DNA of 64,000 nt, from assembly GCA_951406725.2 (NCBI GenBank), contig OX597815.1, positions 200,446,001 to 200,510,000 on the forward strand, given 5' to 3'. The DNA is from Octopus vulgaris (Eukaryota). Below are positions 13,512 through 26,500 of this stretch, one piece after another. Position 1 is the first letter of the stretch, and each line of letters begins with the position of its first letter. A model generated the notes under the pieces. The model was given only the letters and a program-made list of their open reading frames with translations. It had not been told where the DNA came from and ran no database searches. Both the position numbers and the translations under genes were made by a program.

Positions 13512-14017
13512 CATATATATATATATGCGTACATATGCATATGCCTGCATACATATAGAAGTGCAAGCATGTGTACATACATAAATGCAAGCATGCAATT
13601 TTGTAAATCCTATTAACAAATGAAAAATGTGTAACGGTGGATAAATAATATCCAAAGTAGTCCGTTGTACTGTTGTAATACCCATAAGAACACACAGAGA
13701 GACACACACAAACTCACAGACACATGCACTCACAAAAGCACACTATGTCACACACCCGCACGGGCACATATGCACATATACGTATATATATTTATATATT
13801 TATTTATTTTTCATACGTAAATCTAATTTAAAAGTTACAAATAGCGAAACATGGAGTAGCATCAGGTGAGATTATCACATTTATACATTGGAACATGAAT
13901 GCAGGATTCTTTCAGGAACATATGTCAGAAGAGGTCTATAAATTACCCTTGTAGTCTCCTGAACATATTATGAACGTGTGTGCATGTGTGTCAATCATAC
14001 ACACACATCCGCGAGAG

Positions 14018-14065
<48 letters not shown>

Positions 14066-14070
14066 CACAC

Positions 14071-14103
<33 letters not shown>

Positions 14104-14961
14104 CGTATGAGTATGCTTGCAGTTAAGAAATGCGCATTGCCACTAGCTTCCTGATTCGGACCCGTGGCACACCATCTTGGTAAAATATTTTCTCTTAGTT
14201 TTCCAGGACAACCAAAGACTTGAAAAAGAATTTCGTCGACTTACACACCCAGAGACACACAATCACACACACATAAGTGTGCGCACACATTATACAGAGA
14301 TACAGAGGCAGAAAAAGAGAAGGAGAGAGAGAGAAAGTGAGAGAGAAAGAAGGATAAAATAGAATAAAAATATTTAGTTTGAGTAGGGCTATTAACAGTA
14401 ATGATATTTCAGTTGAAGTATCTGCATGCTAAACACACATACACACACACACACACAGAAACACACAGACGCATACACACAGCACGCGGACACACAGTGT
14501 ATAAAATTTAAAAATTTTGATTAATTGTAATTATTTTAGCACTTAGAAGAACGAAATTTTCTCTAGGCGTGATTAATATCTAAAAGCAGCATGCGAGGTC
14601 AATAACATCAATAAATAGTGGCTAGGTCAAATATTTTTGAAAATACATAGAATGCAATTAAGAGTGCAGCTGGCTTAAAAACCAAGAATACTGCATCTGT
14701 GCTTGCATATGTGTGTGAGTGTGCGTGTGTGTGAGAGTGCCTTGTGGTAATGGAATGGGGAGTGTTGCTTTCGGTGTTTCGTTTTAACTGTCTTCTGGCG
14801 AATGCATATTTTACATTGAATAAGATTCTATCTACTTACAAGAATTGAGAAATTTCGTCTCACAGTATATCGATTTAAGGTGACACCATCTACGTATATA
14901 TACATATACATGGTGCTCCAGCATCGCCGCGGTCAAATGGCAGAAACATAGAATAATATAT

Positions 14962-15009
<48 letters not shown>

Positions 15010-15010
15010 T

Positions 15011-15223
15011 ACAAAATGTGACCTCATGTGTACCGTTGGCGATTTTTTCCCCTCTGTCTTCCTTTCTCTGGACCTTTCCTTCTCCTATGTTTCCGACGAA
15101 GAGCTCCGCTCGAAACGTTAAGCCCTCCTTCTTCCCTTCTTTCCTGAGCGTCCAATAATACTATTTTTGTTCCACGTCTTCGCGTTGTTGTGTTTTTTTT
15201 GTGCTTTCTTGTTTGGATTAACT
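15011..15223 (+). mobile_element. Short unit with minimal hammerhead motif (family P1, Penelope pLTR-like)
   Basis: GTTT-CCGACGA-A-GAGC-TCC-GCTC-GAAAC-GTT-AAGC at 15089-15124; homologous to 23397-23590 and 37586-37805; flanked by microsatellites. Confidence 0.7.
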
Positions 15224-15367
15224 TTATGTAGATATATATATATATATATATATAGAAATTCGGGGTGAGTACTTGATAATTATAAGCACCTGTGTATACC
15301 GTTTGGTGGTGTAGGTGGTGGAGTAAATTGATCAAAATAAAAATAAAAACATGAGGCGAAGGATTCA

Positions 15368-15445
15368 GCGGTACATATGTTTCGGGCCTTTATTAGACAG
15401 ATTTATAACAAAGCATAATGTATGTCTGTGGCCTTCTTCAGCCGC
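15368..15445 (-). ncRNA. Type I hammerhead ribozyme with long stem II
   Basis: Minus strand GCGG-CTGAAGA-AGGCC-(41 nt)-GGCCC-GAAAC-ATAT-GTA-CCGC; perfect stem I, palindromic stem III ACATATGT, GUA cleavage triplet. Confidence 0.8.
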
Positions 15446-16369
15446 GCACAACAGCTTCCACAAGGACATGTGTTACATCAAAAATTCTTGGTTGGGGATG
15501 CAAATCCTCTCGTTCCCGTACGACATAATGCGGCAGCAGCATAGAATTGAAGCGTTCATCTCTTTCTTCTCTCAATGTAGAATGAGGAAACTTGGATGTT
15601 GAGGTAATGTAAATAAATAAATACGTATATAGAGGTGAAGATGGAGGGGCGAGAGTTCGGGACGAGGGATAAAAAATATATATAAAAAATGTACGTATAG
15701 AATAATATAAAAATGTAGAGGATAAAGATATAAAGAGTTGTAAGGAGATGTAAAGGGGGTATAAAGAAATATAAAGAAATATAAATAAATGTAAAGGCAT
15801 AAGGTTGTAAAGTAAAAATAGAAATGGAAATAATAGTAAAAGAAGTAAAAGAACCTGATAAAAACATGATAAAAGTGTAAAAGAATGTAAAGATAAGGGA
15901 TGTATAGAGGTCGCGGACCAAGCATGGTGGTCAGGAGATTGATAAAACTTATATATATATATGATTTAAAGACAACAAACAGAAAATACGTCGTAAAATA
16001 TATATACGTGCAGACATGTGTACTTATGTCATAACCTAAACCCACCCAGCCATCCCTCACACAATATAAATTTGTAGTAGCATATATGAATTCATAGAAT
16101 CGTATGACAATCGCAGAAATCCCCTCCAGTGCACCCGGTTGTCGATATGGAGGAGTACAGTATAGAATTCTATGTAGCTAAAATCCAGGGGATCGCATGT
16201 ATAGAATTATTTCATGAGGATTATATAAACAAAACGCAAATGTGTCAATGGGTTTGGGAGCTGAATACATATGTTTAGTCACTTGAAGTCCTAAGATTTC
16301 AACAAAACAGTGTATATATATTATATATAACTGTCCGGATGTTTTGCGTTCTTGACCCATTTCTGTATT

Positions 16370-16411
<42 letters not shown>

Positions 16412-16420
<9 letters not shown>

Positions 16421-16820
16421 GGTTTGGAGATGATGTACAGGTATTTTATATTAGAAGAAATGAGGTACTCAGAAATTAGGATGCTTTTATATTTACAGAT
16501 ATTTATTTGTATATTACATGTTTTTATATATCATATGTATAGCGCTTTCGTCCATTCTGGTGGATTTTTCAAATTGACCTAAGTTCCCGTGGAAAGGTTT
16601 TGTGGAAATGGTCAAAATCTTTCCACAGGAACTTAGTTCAATTTGAAGCATCCACCAGAATGGACGCAATTTGAAAAATCCACCAGAATAGACGAAAGCG
16701 CTATTATATGATATATGAAATAATTTATATGATGTATAAAAATAAGTAACATACAAATTTATATCTGTAAATATAAAACCATCCGAATTTCTGTGTACCT
16801 CATTTCTTCTAATATATATA
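16412..16820. repeat. Fold-back (long inverted repeat) unit in (TA)n
   Basis: Imperfect arms ~16447-16605 and ~16614-16815; internal ~30-bp duplication CAATTTGAA..ATCCACCAGAAT.GACG; GACGAAAGCGCTA half-hammerhead-like motif in both arms. Confidence 0.85.
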
Positions 16821-17189
16821 TAGTAGCTCATTCAGAGTCCATTTCTATCAAACTCACTCCCAAAGTTCTGATTAGTCGAGGAATATAGGGAAGGATATTT
16901 TTCCATGTTGCCGTCCAGTGAGACTGAACCATGTTTGTGGGAAGGAAAATTCTTACTGTATATAATTATGTAATTATTTACGTATTTGCCTCACTATCTG
17001 TACATATGTGTATATATGTTTATGTATGATCATGGTACACCTCAGGCTGAAGGAATCAACAAAAGTACGGTGGTGATCCAGCATAACTGCAGCTTCATGG
17101 GTGAAACGAAAAAAAAAAATTAAAGATAATATTTATATATGTGTTTATATAAACTCGCATACACACACACACATATATATATATATATA

Positions 17190-17228
<39 letters not shown>

Positions 17229-17237
17229 GTAAATATG

Positions 17238-17297
<60 letters not shown>

Positions 17298-17300
<3 letters not shown>

Positions 17301-17450
17301 TCTCTGTTACTTTCCACGTGTTCCTTTCTGTTGAGGAGAACAGGCTCGAAACATAAAATACGTTCTCACCTTCACGTGCGTCATACTAATACACTTGCTT
17401 GTTCTTTATACACCTGTCTTCGTCTTATGCTTTTCTGTAAATTTCTGCTA
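17298..17450 (+). mobile_element. Family P2 unit with hammerhead-like motif in (TA)n
   Basis: CTTT-CTGTTGA-GGAGAACAGGCTC-GAAAC-ATA-AAAT; downstream CACCTGTCTTCGTC matches the reverse complement of 10875-10890. Confidence 0.55.
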
Positions 17451-17762
17451 TATATATATATATATACATATACATCTTCCATGTGCATTTCATAGTATGG
17501 AATTTGCAATATCTGTTGGTAGCGTGAATTAACATATAAAAACCAAATATGCGAGTGTGCAACGTATTTACAGAACATATATTTACATAACAAATTTCTA
17601 TAAGAATCTATCAATATCACCTTTCTTATATTCATATCGTATATCCTATCCTGATCAAAAATTGCCTTAACATTCTTTCTCACACATTCACTGCTTGATA
17701 TACGAATATTGTTCAATTGCCACTTCTTCATGATTTCTATAACTTATCTTCACTTTACCCTA

Positions 17763-17868
<106 letters not shown>

Positions 17869-18059
17869 CCGTACGAAATGTTTAGACACAAAGACATTCC
17901 TCTCTGGCCAATCGTTCCTCAACTTTTTCAAGTACCACTTCAAAAGGAAGTTCAGAATAGAGAAAGAATCTTTGTCATGAAAATTTCTGTAAAAGATGGG
18001 TGAATGCCACAAAGATGGCATGCGTGAATGACGAAACCACTTTGAGCATAATCCTGTAA

Positions 18060-18097
<38 letters not shown>

Positions 18098-19750
18098 AAG
18101 AGAGAACGCTGCTTTACTCTCATGTGTTTCTTTCCGTACCTGAGGTTACCGTAGTCGTTTTCGTAGGTTCTTCTTTCCCGGGATAAACCTGATCTGTGTT
18201 ACATTTTTTACCCCCCCTCCTCCTTTTGGGAAATCATTTATAAACGTATTATTGTTATTTCGCTGTTTACACGTTCCAAGCGCATTCGATCCCTTTTGAT
18301 AGTATTTTTTATTTCTCTTTCGATAAGAAATGTTCCACATTGTATTGTCCCTTCTTTTTTCGGTCCTGCGTGGCTAATAAAGAAATCTATCTACGTTTCT
18401 ATTTATCTATATCTTTCTCTCTCTCTCTTTCTCTCTTCCCTCTCTCTCTCTCTATCTATATCTATACATCTATCCATATATATATATATGCATACGCATT
18501 TATATGCCTATTATTTGTATCTGCATGTGTGTGGGCATTGTGTTCATTGCCATACAGCATGCCAAACCGCATTGGCCTATTCCGTCAAAACGCGAATAAA
18601 AGTATAATTTGCAAATTTATAAGAAATATAAAAAAAAGTTAAACAATTCTAACGTTGATCTCTTCAACTAAGCCCTTTAGGCTCTCCAAGACATTATGTT
18701 AGAATACCTGCAGTTCAATGAATGAAACGAGTATAAGAAAATATGAATATGAATTTGTATTTTTTCGTGTCATAGCGTATCTTCATTTAATTTTTCGTTA
18801 TAGTGCACTGCATTTGATTTGAAATAAATATAATCATTGCACAATGAATACATCATATATTTAGATGCGCTCCTAATTCAGTTGCATTTTAGTATTCCGG
18901 TCCATAAAAAAGGAATTTTGTTTACTGACCCCTTTAATATCGATAAAAGTAATTAAGCGTTAGGCATATATTTCGAGTTGATCCCAGTATATCTGATCGT
19001 TACAGCTTTTTGAGGCATTTGGTCGTAATAAGATCACGTGGCCACCAAGCAGTCACTGAAATACACTGCCCCGTCTGCGCCTATATGTTTAAAAATTCTC
19101 TGCGTAATATATATTACAATATACTATCTTAGATTTATTGTATGCTTCTAAAACATACAATGTTGCACCGATATATTTATTAATTATTTAATCATACACC
19201 TGATGACGGAACGGTATGAAAATAAGCCTAGCAATATATAAGCTAACTTCTAGTTTGTTTTGGTTGTAATAACGATTGACAGCAATTTCTCGTCAGAAGG
19301 AAGTTGAAAGGATACTGCTCCTCTTACGAGGGTGAAAATGATGTGAAAATATATTCGAATAATATACTTTTTTTCTGTTTGGAAAAAAAAATACCGAGAT
19401 ATATTCTTTATGTTCAACTCTTAACAACAATAAGTTTAACAAAAAAAAATATATATTTCAATTATTTTAAAACAGTCTTATGTTACTAATAAACGCTTTG
19501 CTGGGCAAAAATTTTTGTTATTAATCAAGGTGACGACCAATGAGAATTACGTAAATTAGATTAGCCGTTACAGCTAATTTCTGTTTGTTGTCGAAATAAT
19601 GAGTCATATACATTCAGAGAAAGTGAAAAGTATGAGGATGTGCTAGTGATTGTGCGTGAGGTCAATAAACGGCAAAATATTTCAAAATGATTTTCATTAG
19701 TTTTTCTCGTTGCAAAATGAATAAATAACAATATAAGTATATATATATAT

Positions 19751-19858
<108 letters not shown>

Positions 19859-19881
19859 ATGTATGTGTGAGTTTCCGTGTG

Positions 19882-19917
<36 letters not shown>

Positions 19918-20137
19918 ATGTATGTGTGAGTTTCTGTGTGTTAGTGTTTGCGCGCGCGCGTGTGTGTTAATTAGTGTGCGTGCGTGTTCTCTCGCGTCTG
20001 ATACTGTGTGTATATCTGTGTATGAGCACAAATATTTCTCAGCAATACAGAGAATATTGGTTTCTGTCCAAACCCATCGGTGTTAGCGTTCAAATCATAG
20101 TATAGCATCGCATTTTGAGAGATTGATATACATGCAA

Positions 20138-20212
<75 letters not shown>

Positions 20213-20252
20213 AACAATAATAATAATAATAATAATAATAATGATAATAATA
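20138..20252. repeat. (CTA)n-(CAA)-(TAA)n trinucleotide array
   Basis: Direct reading. Confidence 0.95.
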
Positions 20253-20568
20253 GCGTATATATGCATGTATATGTACATACATATACGTGCCTACATAAAA
20301 GTATGCATAAATATGTATATAGGTATGTATATATATATACACACATGTAGTTACAAACACGTACACACATACACGAACGTATACATATATATATATATAT
20401 GTATGTATGTATATGTATATGTATATACATATATATATATATATGCATGTATGTATGTATATGTATATATATATGTATATACATATATATGTGTATGTAT
20501 ATGCATATATATAAATATACATATATATATATGCATATATATGTATATATATATATATATGTATGCAT

Positions 20569-20617
<49 letters not shown>

Positions 20618-21114
20618 TATATCTGTTTATACATATATGTATGTATATACATATTATGAAGCCTGATTTAATTTTGAAGAGAGTCTTTAGCTAAGTATAC
20701 TCATTATAATGCATCAGCAGATGTTTGAAATAACCACTCTAAATATCTACAATATTGAATACCTAATTCTCATTTCCGTCTTATGCTTAACATTGATTAT
20801 TAATTAAATATCCTTCCCCCAAATGAGAAGAAAAAAAAAAGGAAGGCATAATTCAGCGAGCGGAAGAAAGAGGATATGAGGCGAATGAATGATACAGCAA
20901 CATTGTTAATGACAGGAAATAAATAAAGCTAATTCTGAAACAGGAAATCAACACACGCAGATGTTAATCGCCATTTTAGACTAGAAATAGCCTTTGGCTG
21001 TAAGTTGATCGGGATTCCCTCTATTTGTCGAAACAATTCTGCTATGCATACGGCATGTGTTGGATTTTATTCCTTGAAGGAATATGCACACATTTATATA
21101 CATATATATGCACA

Positions 21115-21168
<54 letters not shown>

Positions 21169-21366
21169 CATATATATATACAGGCAAATACGCATATGTC
21201 TATACACACACAAATACATATAAGTTTGTACACACGCATATTTAAAAGACCGATAGAAAAAGTACTAGGCTAACACAGGATTAATGCTGGGACCGATTTC
21301 TTCCACTAAGACCCTTTAAGGCGGTGCTGCACAATGGCCACATTCAAATAGCTGAAATAAATAAAA

Positions 21367-21411
<45 letters not shown>

Positions 21412-21561
21412 CAGCAAAACAATTAAGATTCATATGAATTCAAATTAATTCAAATGAATATGGTACTTAACTTAGATGCACCAGAATTATTTATGGTATT
21501 AACCATAAAATTATGTGGGGTGATTATAACCAAGAAAAAAGTAACAAGAATGGATCAGTAG

Positions 21562-21648
21562 TTTAGTACAGTTGTTTCATACTAAGAACATTTTATTTAA
21601 AGCTGCAAATATTACAGCAAATATAATGTCAAGTATTCATCAGCTAAA
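21562..21648 (-). ncRNA. Type I hammerhead ribozyme (left arm)
   Basis: TTTAG-CTGATGA-ATACT...AGTAT-GAAAC-AACT-GTA-CTAAA. Confidence 0.8.
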
Positions 21649-22147
21649 TCACATATATGTTTTCCAAACATCCTAGAGAGTGTAATTATCCTTATGAAGA
21701 ATTAGGAGTGAGTTCTATGAATTTGAAGTAAGATTATAAGTAGATTTTATATGTTTTCCAACAATGCACAGTTTTTAAAAAAAAAATTATTCCCTCTTAC
21801 TACCCCACTCCTTTCCTCCCATAATGTCCTTTACTTTGGCTAAACCTACCCAGCTGTCTTTCTTGCTACTATAAAATTCTGTCTGCAACAGTTAGATGTG
21901 AACTGAACCGGTGTGTGACCAGTATCTTTCCTCATGTCTACTGGAACTTAATTCTGCATATTTATGGATGGATTTACCTTCTCTGAAAAGTTAATAATCA
22001 TTTTAAAAACATTTTTTTTTAAAACTGCGCATTGTTGGAAAACATATAAAGTCTGCTTATAATCTTACTTCAAATTCATAGAACTCACTCTGAATACTTC
22101 ATAAGGATATTTAAACTCTCTAGGATGTTTGGAAAACATATATGTGA

Positions 22148-22229
22148 TTTAGCTGATGAATACTTGATATTTGCTGTAATATTTGCAGCTTTAAATAAAA
22201 TGTTCTTAGTATGAAACAATTGTACTAAA
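22148..22229 (+). ncRNA. Type I hammerhead ribozyme (right arm)
   Basis: Stem I TTTAG/CTAAA, CTGATGA 22153-22159, stem II ATACT/AGTAT with inner GCTGTAA/TTGCAGC hairpin, GAAA 22213-22216, palindromic stem III ACAATTGT, GTA 22222-22224. Confidence 0.85.
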
Positions 22230-22258
22230 ATACAGATCCATTCTTGTTACTTTTTCTT

Positions 22259-22334
<76 letters not shown>

Positions 22335-22352
22335 CATATATATGTAAATTTA

Positions 22353-22990
22353 AATAAAGAAGTAATATCACTGTTATTAATGATAATAATATGATGGTTA
22401 GCAAGTTTACCCGTTTATAGGCATAATAGAAGCATAATTTAAATTCCCTAGGATATTTAAATACTACTTGCTATAATGGGAGCCATCGCTCGAAAACCGC
22501 CAGTAACGCACTATTAGGAGATACACGGGCATTGCAATGAACATAGAAGAAACAGGCTTACCTTACGTAAGGAATGTGTATTTCAATATGAATTGATATC
22601 ACCCTCTGTATTTCAATTATACTCTGGGATCGTCAGTTGAAAATAACTTTTTTAACATCTATTTTTGAACTATTCATCACATTACCCTGTGTGCGTTGTT
22701 TACTTTAAACGTTTCCGCGACATTTAAAGTCAGTATAAATCTAAAGAAGTATTATCATCGTTATTAATGGTATTAATAAGATGGTGAGCAAGTTTACACC
22801 CTTAGGGTCAAAATATAAGCAAAATTTAGATTCCGTAGGGTATTTAAGTACCACTTGTTATAATCGGAGCCATCGCTCCAAAACCACCTGTAATTCATTA
22901 TTAGGATACACACGGGCAATGCAATGAAGAGGCTTACCTTGTGTGGAATACAAAACTAAGGTATGTATCTTTAAATATCAATTGATTTCA
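22353..22990. repeat. Old diverged direct repeat, period ~390 bp
   Basis: TAAAGAAGTA..ATCA...AGCAAGTTTAC...GGAGCCATCGCTC..AAACC...CACGGGCA.TGCAATGAA occurs from ~22353 and again from ~22742. Confidence 0.85.
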
Positions 22991-23183
22991 CATCACACAG
23001 AAGGTGAAATGAATTGATATTGAAATATCAATTCCGTACTTATGTATCTCACGCAAGATAACCCTATTTCTCCTATGGTCATTGCATTGCCGTGTGTATA
23101 TTACTAGTGAGTACTTGTGGTTTTCGAGTGATAGCTCCGATTCTAGCAAGTGGTATCTACATACCCTACTGAATCTATCAATC

Positions 23184-23217
<34 letters not shown>

Positions 23218-23360
23218 TGTATGTATGTATGTATGTATGTATGTATCTATCTATCTATCTGTCTGTCTGTCTGTCTATGTTTATTTGTTTATTATATATG
23301 CTTGTATATATATATATATATATATAATTATACATCATATCTATTTATCTACTCTCTTTC

Positions 23361-23396
<36 letters not shown>

Positions 23397-23400
<4 letters not shown>

Positions 23401-23590
23401 ATCCAAGCAAGAAAGCACTGAAAAACACAACAACGCGAGGACGTGGAACAAATATAGTATTATTGGACGCTCAGGAAAGAAGAAAAGAAGGAGGGTATAA
23501 CGTTTCGAGCGAAGCTCTTCGTCAGAAACATAGGAGAAGGAAAGATCCAGAGAAGGGAAGACAGAGGAAAAAATCGCCAACGGTACACAC
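23397..23590 (-). mobile_element. Family P1 unit with CUGACGA minimal hammerhead
   Basis: Minus strand GTTT-CTGACGA-A-GAGC-TTC-GCTC-GAAAC-GTT-ATAC (23495-23529); 3' end abuts (TA)n. Confidence 0.75.
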
Positions 23591-24532
23591 ACACAGACGT
23601 ACGCGTTGATGCCTAATCTTTCTCGCTTGCGTGTAATGTCTATAGGTTTACACTCACAAACACCTACTTTAGCGCCAACAACTTACGTATCAAGGCATAC
23701 ACATATCTACAGAAAATATGATAAGATGAACCCTACATTTATACACCAATAATTTTCGACGTATATAAACATCATCATAGGCCGTTAATATCATAAAGAT
23801 CCCACAGCTAGCTTTAATATAGCTACTATTATCGCTGATAACAAAACACATGCATTTTGTTTCTATTATAATATTACGACAGCAAAATCTCAACACATCT
23901 TTGTTTTAGTTCACACGGCAGACACGCACTCTGTAGCTATTTGTTCCTCCCTGTATTTGTAGCATTTCTTATCATAATACGTCTTTACAAATGACACAAC
24001 TCAAAATATATTTCGATATCAAATAACAAAAGTTTCAAGCTATTAAATCTTACTTTATAGAAAATTATCTCCGACCCCTCAAATAATTACGGTTTGAAAA
24101 TGCTTACTAGTATATAAGTAGAAAGACAATTTGGAATTGCATAATACCACTGGAATCTTGCCACACTGCCAATCAAATAACTCGTCATATCATGTTCATA
24201 TTGCTTCGGAAATCTTTAATACACTTGAAATTGTATTGTAGTGCATCACTTAATTCATACGTTTTGCTTAAGTAATGCTATACATCGATCCAGGTTTTTC
24301 ACAGCTGGGAGTATTATTATTTGCTTATTAAGAAACAATTCTGATGGCCCCAACAGACCAAATGGAAAAGGTGTTGCTCCAGATGATGACGCCTGAGATG
24401 CGCTCTGGACCACCAGTTTCCTTGTGTAATATTGGTTTATTTGAGTAAATGAGCTCCAATATTTTACAGTTCTTTTTTTATTAACATTATAAGAAAATGG
24501 TAAATGTTATGTTATCATTATTTAGGTATTTC

Positions 24533-24750
24533 TAAGGCACTGAGCTGGCAGAATCGTTAGCACGCCGGGCATAATGCTTAGCGGCATTTTGTCTTTCTTC
24601 ACGTTATGTTGAAATTACCCCGAGATAGATCTTGCCTTTCATTCTTTCGAGGTTCGAGAAAATAAGAACCAGTTGAACATTGGGTTCGATATAATCGAGT
24701 TAACTGCACCCCTGAATTTGTTGGCATTGTGCCAAAATTTGGAAACATTA
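24533..24750 (+). mobile_element. SINE family C with alternative tail
   Basis: AAGGCACTGAGCTGGCAGAATCGTTAGC head, GCCTTTCATTCTTTCGAGG core, TGTGCCAAAATTTGGAAAC tail; possible TSD CATTATTTAG..ATTTCT. Confidence 0.75.
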
Positions 24751-25120
24751 TTTAGAAATTTCTTGATCTAACACACCTATGATCTAAACCCACTCCAGGT
24801 GAATCTCTCCTGCGTTTTGAAGTTTTAATGTCTATGCATCTATGACAGCGTTAAAATGTTAAAATGTTTAATGTAGAACACATTAACATGGCAACTATAA
24901 ATATTTATGTAATAAGAAGAAAGACAAATCTTATTAGCCAGAGACAAAAAATATTTGCATTTTTTTTTTTCAACAAGCATGGGAAGAATTGCGAATGTAT
25001 TGCTATATAATTCTGAACGCATCATCGAAGAATAGCGTTGGTGTTGCTTCCTCGTAAAATGACGAATGTAATGAACGTATCGATGGCTTTCATTACATTA
25101 TACCGAATCATATATTAGAT

Positions 25121-25760
25121 GTTTGTTCCTTCTCGAGCCATGCCTGGCTCATAAGGGCCGGTTTCCCAGTTTCTGTGGCGTATATGCTCCCCACCTGCAC
25201 GGGAAGCCGGTCCGTCGCAGGTGAGCTGCAAGATGCAGGAGGAATGAGTGAGAGAAAGTTGTGGCGAAAGAGTCAGCAGAAGTTTGCCATTACCTTTTGC
25301 CGAAGCCACGAGGAGCTTAGGTATTTCGCTCGTAAACATATACATTGTTTCTCTATAACTTGTTTCTCTATAACTTGTTACCGTCCCCGCTCTTCTGCTG
25401 TTTGCCCTCCTTTTTTCTTTTTCCTTCTTCGCCTTCACACATGCACGGATTCTGTAGACCATTATAATACACACCTACACAGAAATATACACAGAGAGAG
25501 ATCCTGTTGAAAATTAATGGCTTCACTTCCACGAGTCTCGGATAGGAATAAACAGAAGAAACAGAAAAACAACTGCGGATGGGTGCGCCTAAGTAAGTTT
25601 ATGGCGGAGGATCAGGATCCATCTCTTGTCGATAAAATGGTAAAGAACACGTCCTCGAGTTCGCCATCTCAACACGAAAACTGTTGTAATGGCCATCACC
25701 ACCACCGTGATCTCTCGACCGCGAGTCTGCTGCTCTAACCACTAGGCCATGTGCCTCCAC
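25121..25760 (-). mobile_element. Family B SINE (tail type 2) interrupted by a ~360-bp unrelated insert
   Basis: 25121-25345 and 25704-25760 align with 44522-44832; insert 25346-25703 replaces the B-box segment. Confidence 0.8.
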
Positions 25761-26070
25761 TAAATCACATTGGATTGTGTAGGAGTAGAATCATTTGCTG
25801 ATTAACAAAATATGAACAGCTAACCGAATGAAAATTTGTGTAAACGCAATTTCTATCGAGAGCATCTATAAGTTATCTATGTGTGCGAGTGCTTGTGAGC
25901 GTGTGTGTGTACGTGTGCACGCTTTGGTGTGTGCGTGTGTGTGCATAAGGAAGGAACTTGAAGTCCTTGGAATTCCTCCACTGCATGCACGAGAAGGAAT
26001 ACTATAAACCTAAATATTGAAACGGAAAATATTTTAATTTCTGTAAAGAAATTCATCTAATTTAAATCAT

Positions 26071-26291
26071 TACTCTTTTACTCTTTTATTTGTTTCAGTC
26101 ATTTGACTGCGGCCATGCTGAAGCACCGCCTTTAATCGAGCAACTCGACCCCGGGACTTATTCTTTTGTAAGCCCAGTACTTATTCTATCGTTCTCTTTC
26201 GCCGAACCGCTAAGTAACGGGGACATAAACACACCAGCATCGGTTGTCAAGCAATGCTAGAGGGACAAACACAGACACACAAACACACACA

Positions 26292-26337
<46 letters not shown>

Positions 26338-26500
26338 TACGATGGACTTCTTTCAGTTTCCGTCTACCAAATCCACTCACAAGGCATTGGTCGGCCCGAG
26401 GCTATAGTAGAAGACACTTGCCCAAGGTGCCACGCAGTGGGACTGAACCCGGAACCATGTGGTTGGTAGACAAGCTACTTACCACAAAGCCACTCCTGCG
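26071..26500 (-). mobile_element. Family A tRNA-type SINE, full length
   Basis: Head GGAGTGGCTTTGTGGTAAG...GGTTCAGTCCC, internal (TA)n/(TG)n, tail AGCATGGCCGCAGTCAAATGACTGAAAC + (AAAAGAGT)n; high similarity to 54051-54471. Confidence 0.9.

Larger units (their letters stand above)
21408..22262. mobile_element. Penelope-like element remnant with inverted pseudo-LTR pair, inserted in (TA)n
   Basis: ~255-bp inverted repeat (21530-21785 vs 22012-22261) around a ~225-bp spacer; each arm carries a complete hammerhead. Confidence 0.75.

Noticed and set aside
19197-19235. CCTGATGACGG hammerhead-like half core
   Set aside because: No matching stem II - GAAAC - NUH - stem I found downstream
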